Source of the DNA: Selaginella moellendorffii
Taxonomy: Eukaryota; Plantae; Lycopodiophyta
Assembly: GCF_000143415.4 (NCBI RefSeq)
Contig: NW_003314326.1
Span: 310,001 to 374,000, forward strand
Reading direction: 5' to 3'
DNA length: 64,000 nucleotides
The position numbers and the translations under genes were made by a program. The notes under the pieces are model-generated. The model made no database searches. It had not been told where the DNA came from and worked only from the letters and a program-made list of their open reading frames with translations. Shown one piece after another: positions 11,850 to 27,614 of the stretch (positions are counted from its first letter, which is position 1; each line of letters begins with the position of its first letter).

Positions 11850-13678
11850 ATGGCCGAGCAGCAGCAATCCAGCCACAAGCACAGGTCGTGGCAGCGCGGA
11901 ATCTCCCCGGGCAGAGGGCTGCGGCGACTGGAGAGCAAGCTCAAGGATTTGTTCCTCCTCCGCCCGGGGAGCTCGTCCAGGAAGCAGCAGCAGCAACAGC
12001 AGCGCTCGGGATCGCCGGATTTCATCCTCCAGCAGGCAGCGGCGCTGTCGTCGCAGCAAATCCACATGGTTCGCAGCGGCAGCTTGATCAGACCTCACGA
12101 GACGCTGGCGCCGGTCCGCGAGGGCCCGGATGCCGATGCCGATGGAGGCGGCGGCAACGGATCCCTTGGCGGCGGTGGCAGCGGCGGCGGCGGCGGCGCC
12201 ACCAAGCGGCAGGGATCCTTCCGGAGCTGGATGATGGAGCAGATCGAGAAGACAACGCTGCCACTGCTGGGCTACAAGCACTCGGACGTGCGGCTGCTGC
12301 TGGGCGTGCTGGGAGCTCCACTCGCACCCATCGCCGCTAGCAGCGCCCATTGCCTCTACGCTCGCGTCTCGCCCAGGGATGGCCCCATTGTAAGTGCGTG
12401 GTGTTCTTGGCCGAGTGTTCTTGGGTGTTTTCTTCCTTGGATCGACACTGATGTGCGTGGCTTCTTCGATCTGGCAGGAGTCGACGTCCGCGCAGTACAT
12501 CCTCCACCAGTACATGGCAGCATCCGGGGGCTCCAAATTCCTGGCCTCGATCCACAACTCGTACGCGGCGGGCAAGATCCGGATGTCTCTGTCGGAATTC
12601 GAGACCGTGAATCGCGTGGTGCGCACCAAGAACCCATTCCGCCCCGCCGAGGCGGGATGCTTCGTGCTGTGGCAGATGAAGCCCGACATGTGGTACGTGG
12701 AGCTGGTGCTGGGCGGAGGATCCAGCAAAGTCCATGCCGGATGCGATGGCAAGCTCGTCTGGAGGCAAAACCCCTGGATGGGTCCTCACGCCGCCAAGGG
12801 ACCCGTGCGCCCACTTCGTCGCGTCCTCCAGGTATGGATGGTACCATCGCTCGCTCGCATTCTCTCTTCCGCGATTGCTCGATCACGAATCCAAAAGATT
12901 GGAATCGGAATGTCAAGATCTCATGGCGCTTTTGTCTTTGCAACAGGGATTGGATCCGTTGACGACTGCCACCATCTTTTCTGGCGCGGTTTGCGTGGGC
13001 GAGAAGCGGCTGGGTGGCGAGGATTGCTTCGTGCTCAAGCTCGCCGCCGACCCGTACACGCTGGGCGCCCGCAGCGACGGCCCCGCCGAGATCATCCGCC
13101 ACGTACTCTTCGGCTACTTCAGCCAGAGGACCGGACTGCTCGTCCGGATCGAGGACTCGCACCTAACCCGCATCCAGGCGTCGGCGGGCGAGGTCGTCTA
13201 CTGGGAGACGAGCATCGAGTCGACGCTGGACGACTACCGCAGCGTCGACGGCCTGGTGATCGCCCACTCGGGGCATTCGTGCGTGACGCTGTTTAGATTC
13301 GGGGAGGTGGCCATGGGTCACACCAGGACGAGGATGGAGGAGGACTGGACGATCGAGGAGGTGGCGCTCAACGTTCCGGGGCTCTCGGAGGATTGCTTCA
13401 TCCCTCCGGCGGACATCCGGAAGAAGAACAGCGCTGGCGGCGCCGCTGGGCTGGTCAATCACAGCGGGCGGAAAGGATTGAGGAATGGGATCACTGCCGC
13501 CACTGCCGCCGCCGCCGCCGAGACTAATTTGTCCTCGGCAGTGGCAGTGGAGCGCGACAGCCTCGGAGACACCAAGAACAGCAGCCATCCGCAAGAACAG
13601 CAACAATACACGGCGCGGGTCAAAGCGACCGCGCGCGAGGCCCAATCCAACAATGCCATGTGGAGGGTCGAGGGCTGA
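11850..13678 (+). CDS. Plant DUF620 family protein (3 exons)
   Basis: Exons about 11850-12389, 12478-12831 and 12947-13678. Motifs SDVRLLLGVLGAPLAP, AQYILHQY.AASGG, FVLWQM.PDMWYVELV, HAAKGPVRPLRR, IEDSHLTRIQ. Confidence 0.92.
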
Positions 13679-13902
13679 CCATTGACTTATCCTATTACTG
13701 TTTTGTAAAAAAAGTAACTAAATATTAACTTGATTAGGGCACCGTGGACTAAACTACCCGTCAACATGCAAACGGATTGTCCTGGGAATGTTCTTATCCG
13801 ATGAGATATTTACCGGTATATCCTTCTGGCATCTTACAAATATTTTTTCGCCTGAGAGGGGGTAGGGCTCCGCTATTGAGAGAGGAGCGGCACAGCGCAG
13901 CG

Positions 13903-16428
<2,526 letters not shown>

Positions 16429-16525
16429 AAAAATCATATATTTTTTTCACTGACTTGGTAAATAACAATGTGCTGTGATATTGAAAATAATTCTGAGGCC
16501 ATTCTATTCCATTCCATGAATTCTC

Positions 16526-16995
16526 TCAGCTTGTGTTTTGCTTCTTTGGGATGTGGTTGCCTCCACTAGCAAGCTTGTACGCGTAGAACAAGCTCATGAT
16601 AACACTGCGAAAACAAAAACTTCTCTCGTGAGCTCCACCTCTAAAAATTTGATTTTTACCTGATCGCGGCGACCATTCCAGCAGGCATCACTTTACCAGT
16701 GTCGAGAAATCTCTCCCCCATCACCCACGACACAGACAACGCGATCACTGCAAATCCAAATCGTGAGTGAAACCAAACGAGCTATCGATCTGTCACCTGT
16801 CTGGAGGATTTGCGAGAGCAGCGAATTGCTACCCTTGTGGTAAGCCGAGAGGCTGATCTTACCGGCGACAAGGAGCAAGATCCCAGCTCCAACGCCGCCA
16901 TAGAGCGATGCCAAGCTCCCCCGCCGGAGAAAACCCACAAGTCCGCCACACAAGAGCACGATCCCATACGGGTACGTGAAGCAAAAGTCGTGCAT
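16526..16995 (-). CDS. TMEM14 / fatty-acid-export (FAX)-like small membrane protein
   Basis: MHDFCFTYPYG...GSLASLYGG at the N-terminus and a spliced C-terminus ending GGNHIPKKQNTS. Confidence 0.88.
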
Positions 16996-17118
16996 CCTTC
17001 GTCTCTCTCCTCTCGATCACGGACGACCAAAAACAACTTCCAGTACAAATGTGATCCCAAGTTTTTATTTGCCGGAATATGCTCCTTTACAGTGGAACAT
17101 TCCGTCCCACAGTTTAGC

Positions 17119-19633
17119 TTAATCGTCCGCCCATTTAACCCCGTGCTTAGCGCCCAAGTAGTAAGCACCGACTGGGCCTCTTCCGCCAAACGTGTAGAGC
17201 TCGGGGGCCACTTTGTGTGTTTCGATCTCTTCCAGCAGCGGCGAGATGATCTCCCAGGTCTGTGCGAGCTCGTCGCTCCGTATGAACAAGTGGCTGTCGC
17301 CGTCAATCACGTCCAAGATCAATCGCTCGTACGAGTCTGGGATCTCCGTGTTGTATCTGGTGTTATGAGCAAAAACTTAGCTTCCTCCGTTCTAGTTAAC
17401 ATTTGAAGAAACGAGTGAGCTTACTTGTCCCTGTAGAGAAGATTGAGCTCCGAGGAGTCCAGCTGCAATCCCAGGCCTGGAACTTTGTTGTTGATCTTGA
17501 GATTGATGGCCTCGTCCGGATGAACTCTGAGCACCAGCTCGTTGGTGGCCAGGTCGATGTTGAAACCAAACTTATCGCGGTACAAGTTCCCAGGGACGCC
17601 TCGGAATTGAATACGAATCTCTTGCCTGTGGAAGTATAGTCAGAAAAACAAGTGGAGTGTGGAGTAAAACTCTCAGCTCACTTGTGCTTGATGAGGCCGT
17701 GACCGGCTTTGATGAGGAACGGAACACCATCCCAGCGCCCGTTGTCGATGTACAAAACTGACGCTATAAATGTGGGAGTGAGGCTGTCGGCTGGAACGTC
17801 TTGCTCGCTCAAGTATCCCGGAACTCTGGAGCTGCCACCCTTTGACACGCTTTCCTTGTACTGACCAAGAACAACGTCGTCCAGAGCTGGCTTGCGCATT
17901 GATCGCAGCACTTTCACCTGATCAATCAACTCGATTCATGATCCATTCAATTCATGAAAGACCTGCTTGCCTTTTCGTTGCGAATATCTTCTCCTTCCAG
18001 GCTTACTGGGGGCTCCATTGCAAGGAGACCAATCGTCTGGAACAAATGGCTCTGGACAATGTCACGTATTATTCCCTGCTCGTCAAAATACCTGGAACCG
18101 GCAAAATAAAGCTCAAATTAAAGCTTGACAAAAGAAAACTGGTTACCTTCCTCTGCCTTCCACTCCCCAGTCCTCGGCAAACAATATCTAAATGAAAGGC
18201 ACACGCAGTCGAGTCTTGGAAATAGCACTCGGGCTTACTTGAATGTTTCGTATGTATGTGCGGTTCCACAGAGGCTCGAAGATTAGATTTGAAAACCGCA
18301 AGACTGTCAAGTTTTCAATGAGATCTCTGCCAAGTAGATGATCGATTCTGTAAAAAGAGCAACAAAGCATGTTTTGTTTACTCTCTTTGATTGAAACAAT
18401 CGGTATCGTACCTGTATATCTGGTCTTCGGTGAACTTTGAAAGCAATCCCTCGGTCATCTTCTTCGAGGTGTGCACGTCGTTGCCAAATGGCTTCTCGAT
18501 TATAATCCTCGTGTGGCCACTCCTGCTTTGAGCATTGGTGCCAACACACTGCGCAACTTCAACGACTACTTCGTGAGGAACCGACAGGTAGAAAATCCGA
18601 TTTGCACAACAACTTCCCTACAAAACTTGTCAGTTTCTTTTCTCTACTATGCCAAAGCAAAAGCTAGAAATAATACCTCTAGTTTCTTCAAGCGCTTGTC
18701 CAGAATCACCATACCATCGCATGTATCGTATCCGCCGTGCTCATAGTATACATTTTTTAGAAAGCTCTCCATCTTTTCTTCACATCCTTCTCTGCATGCC
18801 AAGTTCTCTTTGAGATCCAAATATGCCAAACGAGTATTAGAACCTGTGATCCAGCCTGCACGTTAAGTTTCCCATGATGAGCCTCCGGAGGTCTTCATCT
18901 TGGAGCTCACTTCTGGAATAGCCAAAGATCGCGATTTTCTGCACATCAAAAAATTTAAAATCTTGGGAAAGAAGATAAAGACTACCTCTGGAAGGTAACC
19001 GGTGTAGTAAAGTGCAAACAAGGCTGGAAAGATTTTGTTCTTGGCGAGATCACCCGTGGCACCTAAAACGATGATTGACAAGCTCGTCGTAGCTGCAGAC
19101 ACGGAACTCTCTCCTTCTTTTTGATCTTTGAATAGTTCAGCTCCAGAGGAAGAGGCAACCGGTTGTTCTGTGAGGGTTTGATCTGCAAAAGTTGTAACAA
19201 AACTTTAGAAGGTTTCCAGGAAACGAACAGGCGCTTTTTCACCTTGATCCTTCGGAGGAGCTGAGACGTCGATATCGGTGCTTGAGCAGCGAATGCCATG
19301 ATCAGTAGCGAGAATCTTTAATGTACACATGAACCATAACTTCAGGCAGTCAAAAAGATTGGTAGCATGCTTAAAGACTGAGCCACAAAGAATGAAGCTG
19401 CTCCTCACGCTCTACTAGCCAGCCAGCAATCCAGCAGCCAAATCGAAAAGCAAAATCCTATGCATCGTTTAACGAAAAAGTATGACATCGTCGTCTCATA
19501 CCTTTGCCCTTCTCGAGATCATAGCAGTGGATCGCAATTGGGTTGACAATCCAGCCCTGTGATGCTCAGCTCCCGCGAAAGAAACCATCTTGGGTGCTTT
19601 GATCGCCGGCATTCCAATCGCGGCTGTCGCCAT
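17119..19633 (-). CDS. G6PD4: Plastid glucose-6-phosphate dehydrogenase, G6PD4/P0-like and probably non-catalytic
   Basis: [50 protein letters not shown]. The first exon is transit-peptide-like. The start position is inferred. Confidence 0.85.
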
Positions 19634-19711
19634 AGCTGCGCCTCAATCAGTCACCAAGCGACAAAACAAGAAAAAAATAGTATAGGAAGGGTTAACCTTT
19701 AAGTACCTTCT

Positions 19712-20464
19712 CTATGAGAGGAGATGGCTGCGCGAGCTTGGGAAGAGCTCCTCGTTACTCTCATGGGGCGACCAAGGATCAACCGAGCTCACCACCTCTT
19801 TGATGCTAAACTCCGGCCTCACGCCTCGCATCGCTTCCAGACCAAGCCGGTAAATCTCCTCCGAGTTGCTCGACTCGTGGAGATACTCGTCTCCATTCCA
19901 CTGAAGCGACTCCAGCGCTTGCACCAACGTCTTGGAGCTCGAGGAGGATTCGATCGACTTGAGGAGGAGACCGAGCGCGCGGACGAGATTGTTGGCGATC
20001 CTGGCCTTGAAAACGTTGCCACCTTTGCAAAGCTTTCCCTCCTCGTCATACAGCCGCCTCTTGTGATAGATCTTCACCAGGTTCCTCTCCTCTCCCATGG
20101 CCGAGTTCCTGCCAGTGTCGTCGATCAAAATGGCCCTCTCCAGATCCAGTCCTTCCCTCAGGCCATGGAGCGGCTTCTTCTTCCCTGGCCTGACGCTGAA
20201 TACCTCGATTTCCTGCGAAATCTTGTAGCCCAGACGATCCTCGAGGCCGGCGGAGAGCGCTTGCAAGAGATTGGCGTTGCGCAGCGCCTTTCCACAGCTG
20301 TAGAAGCCGATCCTCACGCCAGGAATCCTGTCGAGAGCTGCCAGAAACTCGAGCGCGCCGTGAGCGAAGCAGAAGGAGCCGACCAGGCATGGGAACTTGA
20401 TGTCGCCGCCAGTGGAGACGAGCGTGTTGTTGAGATCCACAAGAACATCGATCAAGCCAGCCAT
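19712..20464 (-). CDS. Intronless HAD-superfamily (NIF/FCP1-like) phosphatase
   Basis: Motif I-like VLVDLNNTLV, motif II-like GFYS, motif IV AILIDD. 250-aa ORF with a telo-box-like AACCCTAA upstream. Confidence 0.65.
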   Translation of the reverse strand: MAGLIDVLVDLNNTLVSTGGDIKFPCLVGSFCFAHGALEFLAALDRIPGVRIGFYSCGKALRNANLLQALSAGLEDRLGYKISQEIEVFSVRPGKKKPLHGLREGLDLERAILIDDTGRNSAMGEERNLVKIYHKRRLYDEEGKLCKGGNVFKARIANNLVRALGLLLKSIESSSSSKTLVQALESLQWNGDEYLHESSNSEEIYRLGLEAMRGVRPEFSIKEVVSSVDPWSPHESNEELFPSSRSHLLS

Positions 20465-20591
20465 ACCTCGCGGAAGAACCCTAATTTTTAACCTCTTTAG
20501 AGCCGTTAGATTAACGAATATCCTAGAATATCCTCGGATATACTAAAACTTCGAAAGTCTTTCGTGCAAAACTTTGATAGAGGTGAGAACT

Positions 20592-22044
20592 TTAGCCGAT
20601 GATCACGCGAGACCATTCGCTGTGCGTGTGACCATAGTGGATATCCATCAGTGCTCGCACGAGGAGACCACAGAGGTTGAAGCCTGGGCGATTGACGTGC
20701 TCCTTCTCCAGCTCCAAACTTCCCGGAGCTGCCGCTACCGCATCGTTTGCGGCCTTGGAATCAAACGGGACTTCGATCATCACTCCGCTTTCCTTGAGAA
20801 GCCCGGACACTGGCTGGATCAAGCACGCTGTTCCTGTTCCAAATGCTTCCACCAGCCTGCCTTGTCCAGCGGCCGCCTCGATCTGAAAGCCAGTGTCAAT
20901 CGAAGATCAAGGAGACCAACTTTTCACCTCGGAGAATCGAAGAGACCTTTCGGAGACTTCCAGTCCTTGTATCTTGGTCGCGAGCTTCAGCACGCTGTCT
21001 CTCGTCACGCCAGGAAGAATGGTGCCGTCCAAAGCCGGTGTCACAAGCTCCAGTGTGTCCTGTCCAGAGCGAAGCAGGAAGAAGATGTTCATGGTTCCAG
21101 CTTCTCCCACGAATCCTCCATACTTGTCGTCCATGACAAACAGCGGCTGCGAGCATCCCAGCTTTGCTGCCTCGAGCAGCGGGACGATGGTCGGGGCGTA
21201 GTTTGATCCCAGCTTCCGGTCCCCAGCTCCTCCCGGGAACGCTCTCGTGTTTTGCGTGTCGACCCGGAGCTTGATCGGGGCCAGCCGAGACGTCGACAAG
21301 GCGGAGAAGAAGGATGATCCAGCCGGAGACAAAACCACGAAAAGCAATGCCTCCCGTGACTGCTGGACTCCCAGCGATGGCTGGGTAGCGATCACCGTGG
21401 GACGGATGTAAACGGAGAATCCTTCGACGTCGGAAATCCAGTCCCGCTCCACGCGAAGGAGCTCCTCGATGCATCTCAGTAAAGCCTCCTACAAAGTTTG
21501 GTATCATGACGAAAGGAAAGAATCCATGGAGTTGTTACCTTGTCGAAGCTGGGAAGCGCGAGGCGAGCGACTGATCTGGCGAGGCGATTCATATGCATGT
21601 CGGGGCGGAAGAGGCGAATGCGTCCCTCTTTGTCTTTGTAAGCTTTCATGCCCTCGAAGCACTCGGTGGCGTAGTGTAGAACCTGGATTCATGCAACGAG
21701 CAGTGTGATTCCAATCCGGAAAAGTCATGGAAAGAAAGAATATCACAAACCTGAGCGCAAGGGTGGAGCGAGAGTGGCTCAAGCGGGACGATCTTGGGAG
21801 GCATCCAGCCCAGCTCCTCCTTCCACACGATCTGGAGCATATGATCCGTGGTGTGAGCTCCAAACTTGAGCACGGTGCCATCGGCCTTGTTGGGCTTTTC
21901 CTGCATTGATGGAACGAATCAGCCAGACCGCGAGAAACCAACAGCGCCACCCACCTTGAGCTGCGCCGCCTTGTGGACGATGAGATGTTGGAAGACAATG
22001 TCGGACGGTGGAAAAGCGGGCTGATGCTCCTCAAGGCTCCCCAT
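20592..22044 (-). CDS. BCAT: Branched-chain amino-acid aminotransferase (class IV PLP enzyme, multi-exon)
   Basis: [27 protein letters not shown]-lysine region [37 protein letters not shown]. Confidence 0.9.
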
Positions 22045-22639
22045 GGCGCTCGACCTCAATCGGGCTTCTTTTTTATCACCACTGGAATATTCGAGAAGCA
22101 GCGTTTTCTCATTGTCTGTACCAGACTTGCGTAGAGTCGACGATGTCATGGTGGTCGGCTTTAAACAGCGCAAGGAACTCGTTTGTCGAACTCGAGCCAG
22201 GCCTCCATACTTTGCTTTGGATAGCACCAAACAGTTCAGAGCCAAAAAAGGAGATGAAAAGAACTTACACTTGTTCGGTCTTCGACACTGTTGCAGCGGC
22301 CTTGAACGTACATATAAATCTGCGACTTTTCTCTGGTTTGTTGGTGTTCCAGCTCAAAAGATTTTTATTCTCCTGCTACTTCAGCAGCTCCTCCATCAAT
22401 CATCCTATGCCTTGTTGCACCGAAAATAAATGTCTTTATATTCCAAACTATCTAGTAGGTTGGGACTAACCCAAACTGCTTGTATCTCTAGAACCATCCG
22501 ATTCCCTTAATAATGTCCCAACTGTACTTTGTCATCGTCGCCGCTGAAAAACACCGTCCTTACTTAGTTCTAAGAAAAAACTATGCAACTTTAACTTACT
22601 AGCCCCTTTATCAACTGTGTCGTGCTCGTCTTCGCTCTC

Positions 22640-24900
22640 CTATAAGGAATCATCAGCGTCAACCTGAGCATAAGCCCCTGGCCCTGTTGTTTCATCATCA
22701 AATTCGGCACCAGTCTGCTTAGCCACGGATTTGTCAATGGACTGCTGCCGTTTCCTCCACAGACGAGAGTTCTGGTAGATATTCACGAGCTTTTGGATGC
22801 GCTCTGGATTCAACGTAGCACGTTTTGTTAGTATCCAGCAGGAAAATTCAATTCAATTCAATCAACTCACTTATTCCGTTTGAGAGTCAAAACGTTTCCA
22901 TATGCCTTGATGTTACGCTCTGCAGCACAATTAGAAGAAGCAAGGCCAAGACGTTGCATGCAAACCTCCAAAGCAAAGGTACGTGCAAATCCATTTCTCG
23001 GCAGCTTGCCCACGCCTTCCAGGGATCGGCTACTGCTGCTGGATCTTCGAACAAACGCGCAGCCAGTCCGGAGCTTGTAGGATCAAAAGGTCCGGTTTGC
23101 ATTCGCGAGCAAACCGCATGAAGTCTTCGTTGTCTGGATAAAACCGCTTGACTGCTGGCCACTGGTCGATGTCTTATTACATATCTGTACCGTGGGTTCA
23201 GACACCAGGCCGCACCAAACAGATCACAATCTTTGAGGTAACGCTCCTCCCGATGTGCAAGCACAGCCATCACAAGTTCCTTCTCCCCTGCTGGCAAAGG
23301 TGTTGGAATGTTGTGTCGGCTATGTATTTCCAAGCTTGCCAGACGAATCCCATAGTTGGTGTGCATATGTCAAAAAACTTGATGGCTCGTACCACTGGCT
23401 CCATCAAGAAAAGAATCTTGTCCACCTGCTGCCAAAACTGAACCGCAACCTGCTTGTTCTTATGAAAGAGGTCCTGAACTTGCTGAGCATCACTGCCCTT
23501 CGGCTGCTGCTTGAGCCACGCTTTAAAGTTCCCACTAAGGAAGATTACTCTCAAAGAGTCGCAAACTTCTCGCAGCCGTTCCAGCATGTAGTATTACTAG
23601 CCAAGCCTGAAGTTAAAATCATCAACAAGAAAACGAAGTTCGTTAGAAAGCTGAAACTAGAAAGTGAACCTTGAATACAAACCTCGTTGATACAGCCTCC
23701 TTTGCTCCCTGCTGCCTGAACAGATGTGTTGGATCTTCGCTTACATGAACAATGGCCATCCCTTTTCCAATGCAATCCTTGATGAAGTCCAGAGTGCCTG
23801 ACGATCTGAGTACGAGGTTCAGTGCCTGGCACTGACAGGGAACACTCCACATTCCCCAGCGCGTCTCAGGCATCTGTCCGGCTAGCCACATGTTGGAAGC
23901 ATTATCCATCACCACGGCAATAACACCCCGCTTCCGCTTCACTCTTTCAAGTTGACGCATTTCTGCCTCTGATGTATCAAAAAGACCGACTTGGCTCTCC
24001 CAGGATGTTCCAGTCCCTAAGCAATCTTGTTTCTGCCCCAAGCTTCTTGAAAATTTTATCAGCTAGGAAGAAGAGACACGGTGTTAGATACAAAACTCTC
24101 TAGAGCATCGTCCATACCTTACACCTTACGAGTCTGTGCTTTCAAAGGAAGCATAGAAGATTCTTCATTCTTCGTTGCATCAGCCCAATGTGTGTATCCT
24201 TTCAGAGTCGAATATCGCAGATAGCAGGCGAGGAGTGACTTGTTCGGCCACCTGCTCAATCTTCGATTTTCTCCACGAAATCTGCGTAACCTTCGTCCAG
24301 CAAGTCCTTCTGCAAAGCAGCCATGGTCGGGAGAGGTTAGCAATAGGCCAGCTGCGCATTTTCACTGAGCGCAACACGGAACAGCACAGCATCGCTGTAA
24401 ACTCCCAATGCAAACCTTTTGTGCTCCACCTTGAGTTCTCCGGGTGTCCAACTCCGACCTCCTGTGCCTTGGCCACCTAGACTTCGACGCCCTTGGCCTT
24501 GCGTTAGCATCGGCTTGCTACAATCGGGACGACTTAGGCTGCCAAGCTCAGCTCGGCCCTGCTGAAGAGCCTCAACTTCGCAATCCCCAAGAATGTGGGC
24601 TATCCGTTGCCAGCCACCCAGTGGTATGTTCTTCCCACTAGATCCGCCTGTTGGATGCCGGTGTGTTTGGGCATCCCACACTCGCCGCATCTTGTCCACC
24701 CTCTGAAGACTCATCCTTCATGGTGAAGTTTACTCGCCTGATCGGTCCAACTGCAACTCCTGCTAGGAGATCCTGACTAGCTGCTCGCATCACCTCATCC
24801 ACGAAGAACCATCCTATGGCGAGGATCTTCTCGGCGGCAAGGTGAGATCGCCCGGGAATCACCAGCAGCATCACGGCGTCGCCAAACCCTTAGGGCGCTG
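22640..24900 (-). mobile_element. hAT-family (DUF659-type) transposase pseudogene
   Basis: VVMDNASNM...PCQCQALNLVL, AAWCLNPRY, and a C-terminal KRATLNPERIQKLV dimerisation-like motif. Multiple frameshifts and stops, and no TIRs seen. Confidence 0.75.
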
Positions 24901-25088
24901 AGAAGCCAGTGCGCTGGGGGCGATGCTAGCTACGAACAAACCCTAGCCTCAGAGCGGGAGAAATAAAAATGACCATGGTGACGTGGCACAGCAGATGTCG
25001 TGTCATGCCTCACCACCACGCTGGCGATGAGGTGGCGATGTCCTTTCTCTATATAGGATTGGGGCACTTAACGATAAGGGTTGGGAGG

Positions 25089-26030
25089 ATGACGAAGAAG
25101 TTATTCAGTTCCGGGGACTCTCTTCCAGATGATGTCTGGCTTACGGTGCTGAGCAAGTTCCACTGGATAGAAGATTTATCAAGAATTTCACTTGTGTCAA
25201 AAACATGGAATCGTCTTTCCAAACAAGTGCCCAAGGTTAAGATAGACGTACCAGAGCAGTATATGGACCATAAGTATGAAACGTTTCTTATGAACGCTTT
25301 GGCAGGTCGATCTGGACTTGAGGAGGTGAAACTGATCCTTGAGTATGAGGTATGCAAAGAAGAGCTACTGCAAAAGCTCCTAGTTCCCTATGCTTCCACC
25401 TTGAAGAGGTTGTCATTGACTCAAGTTAGTTTACATACAGGCTCTTGCCTCATATCAAACTTCCCAAGGCTGACATGCTTGGAGTTACACGATTCCTTAA
25501 CTATAGATGAGCCCCCAGCAAACACAATCTTCAGCAGCCTCCACACGCTTGTTCTTGCTTACTCTGACAAGGTTTACCATTCACAGGAAGACATGAATGA
25601 TGTATTGATTGGCATATTGAAGGCTTGCCCAAATCTTAGGAAGCTCAAGCTCTCTAATTGCAATGGGAGTCAGTCAGTGCCTACAACGGGGAGCCATCCT
25701 ATTATTCTGTCCAGTCAGAGTTTGGAAGATTTTACGAAAGATGGTTCTTTGGCTCTAACTTTATCACTAGGTGCTCTTCCTAATCTAGCCAAGCTAGAAT
25801 TATGGAGCTGCCAGCTGATATGGGATAATGGCTTATTCAACAACTTGAGAGAGTGTCTACTGTTTAATATGCACAACAAAACAACAAGAGAACAGCTAAT
25901 GAAGAAGTGCCCTCACCTTGCAGAATTTAAATGGATTGAATATCAATATGATAGCTATGATGACTACTTCTCTGACTACGATGATGATTATTCTCTTCCT
26001 CCAACAACAGCAACACCACCTACTTTGTGA
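25089..26030 (+). CDS. Intronless F-box/LRR (RNI-like) protein
   Basis: DSLPDDVWLTVLSKF...SLVSKTWNRL F-box followed by LRR-like repeats (ACPNLRKLKL). The ORF is open from 24969 and the ATG at 25089 is preferred. Confidence 0.85.
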   Translation: MTKKLFSSGDSLPDDVWLTVLSKFHWIEDLSRISLVSKTWNRLSKQVPKVKIDVPEQYMDHKYETFLMNALAGRSGLEEVKLILEYEVCKEELLQKLLVPYASTLKRLSLTQVSLHTGSCLISNFPRLTCLELHDSLTIDEPPANTIFSSLHTLVLAYSDKVYHSQEDMNDVLIGILKACPNLRKLKLSNCNGSQSVPTTGSHPIILSSQSLEDFTKDGSLALTLSLGALPNLAKLELWSCQLIWDNGLFNNLRECLLFNMHNKTTREQLMKKCPHLAEFKWIEYQYDSYDDYFSDYDDDYSLPPTTATPPTL

Positions 26031-26299
26031 GTACCTCACTACCACCACAAACCTGTACGATGATACCATCTTTGAACTTGCATGTCCCCAACTCCACACC
26101 AACAGTGGATAGGATGGTTTAATGCCCTTTGTGGGTCCTCATGACTTGAAATAGCTGTTATTATTATTATTATTATTCTTAGCCAACCTTGCTTGGTGGA
26201 GGGGGAGAAGTTGGTTTGCTGGATAGTGATGCTAGTTGGTGGTTACATCTTAATATACTTGGTGTTTAGGTGTATAGTTATAATGTGGACATTAGTTTT

Positions 26300-27614
26300 C
26301 AATTTAGACCATCAAATTAAGATTTTTGGGCTAATTAAATATATATAGTTTTGTATTCCATTCACTTGTACTGGTGGAGTTGAGGGGCAACTTTAATTAT
26401 CCCTGATGAGTGTTAAATTTTATTTTTTCTTAATTTAAATCTAACTTTTACATTGTCTAAATTTGTCTTGTTTTTATAGCTTTTCCATTTCTTTCTTCTT
26501 TTTGTTTTTTTTCATCTCATCTCCATGTTAGAGCATTATACTCCTCAACACCTTCCTCTTCCTCCTTTGACTCTAGAGTAATAATTGGTGTAATTGCTTA
26601 ATATTATTTAGTTGTAGGTAATAATCAAATTTAATTGATAGCAATGTAACACTTCTTGCTCTTGATGTGCATTTGACTGTGTTTCTTCTATATGAATCTT
26701 AAGAATAATATGTATTATTGATTCAATTACTTTATAATAATTATCACCTCTCATTCTTAGGAAGATGCCCAATATCTAAATGAGTTTCTCATATGTTTTC
26801 AAATGATAGTGTTGCAATTATATAATGGTTTGAGTGTAACCACTCGTGAAAATTAGAGCCTTATCTTGGATATCTCATTTTGACATGTTAACAATTGTGT
26901 TAATGTATATAGAAATTATATTATCTTTGTCAGGGATCATATTCAGTTATGCAATTTAATATTCACTTTTGGAGCCTTTTGTTTCATGCAAAGCTGAATA
27001 TATTAAATTGGATCAAGTTGAGTCAAGATCTTATAAGACTTATGTATGCACTTGCCCCTGATGACACTCTTCCACTAGCATAATATTATAAGATATCACT
27101 TCTCCCACTTATAAATGTATGTACTTCAACATTACTTATATAATCTTGTTTTGATGGAGGTTAATATTGTTATTGTTTATATTCAAGGATAAAGATGAGG
27201 ACGTGGTTATAGCTATGATATTCACTACTAGGTGTGTAATGAGGTTAGATGACATTGTCAACATTTCCCAAATTGGAAGGAGGCCTTAGCTTCAATAATG
27301 TAATATTGATGCTGCTATTGTGAAATGTCTTGATATAATGATTTTTTGAGGAAATAAGGAGTTGTATAGATAATACATGAATAAGTTAATAACCACTTTA
27401 TTTTATTTTTAAGAGTATCATCAAGTGGTTCACTTGACACTAGTTTATCCAATATTGACTTTCTTAAGCTTGTTTTTATAATAATAAGTAGCAAAACCAT
27501 TTTCAATATCTATGGGAATGGCTACAAATATGGGTGATCTTGAGATTGAATTTCAGTTGTGCTAAGTCGTTAAGGCAATGGCCGTGGTGTAGGGATGAAT
27601 CTAGAAATCTCATC
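26300..27614 (-). mobile_element. Very old retroelement remnant, possibly gypsy pol
   Basis: AT-rich and CpG-depleted, with only faint RT-like traces. Confidence 0.35.

Noticed and set aside
11826-13162. Long antisense ORFs over DUF620, and similar ones over tDT, EXO70, the ATPase and the HAD gene
   Set aside because: Expected shadow ORFs of GC-rich coding sequence.
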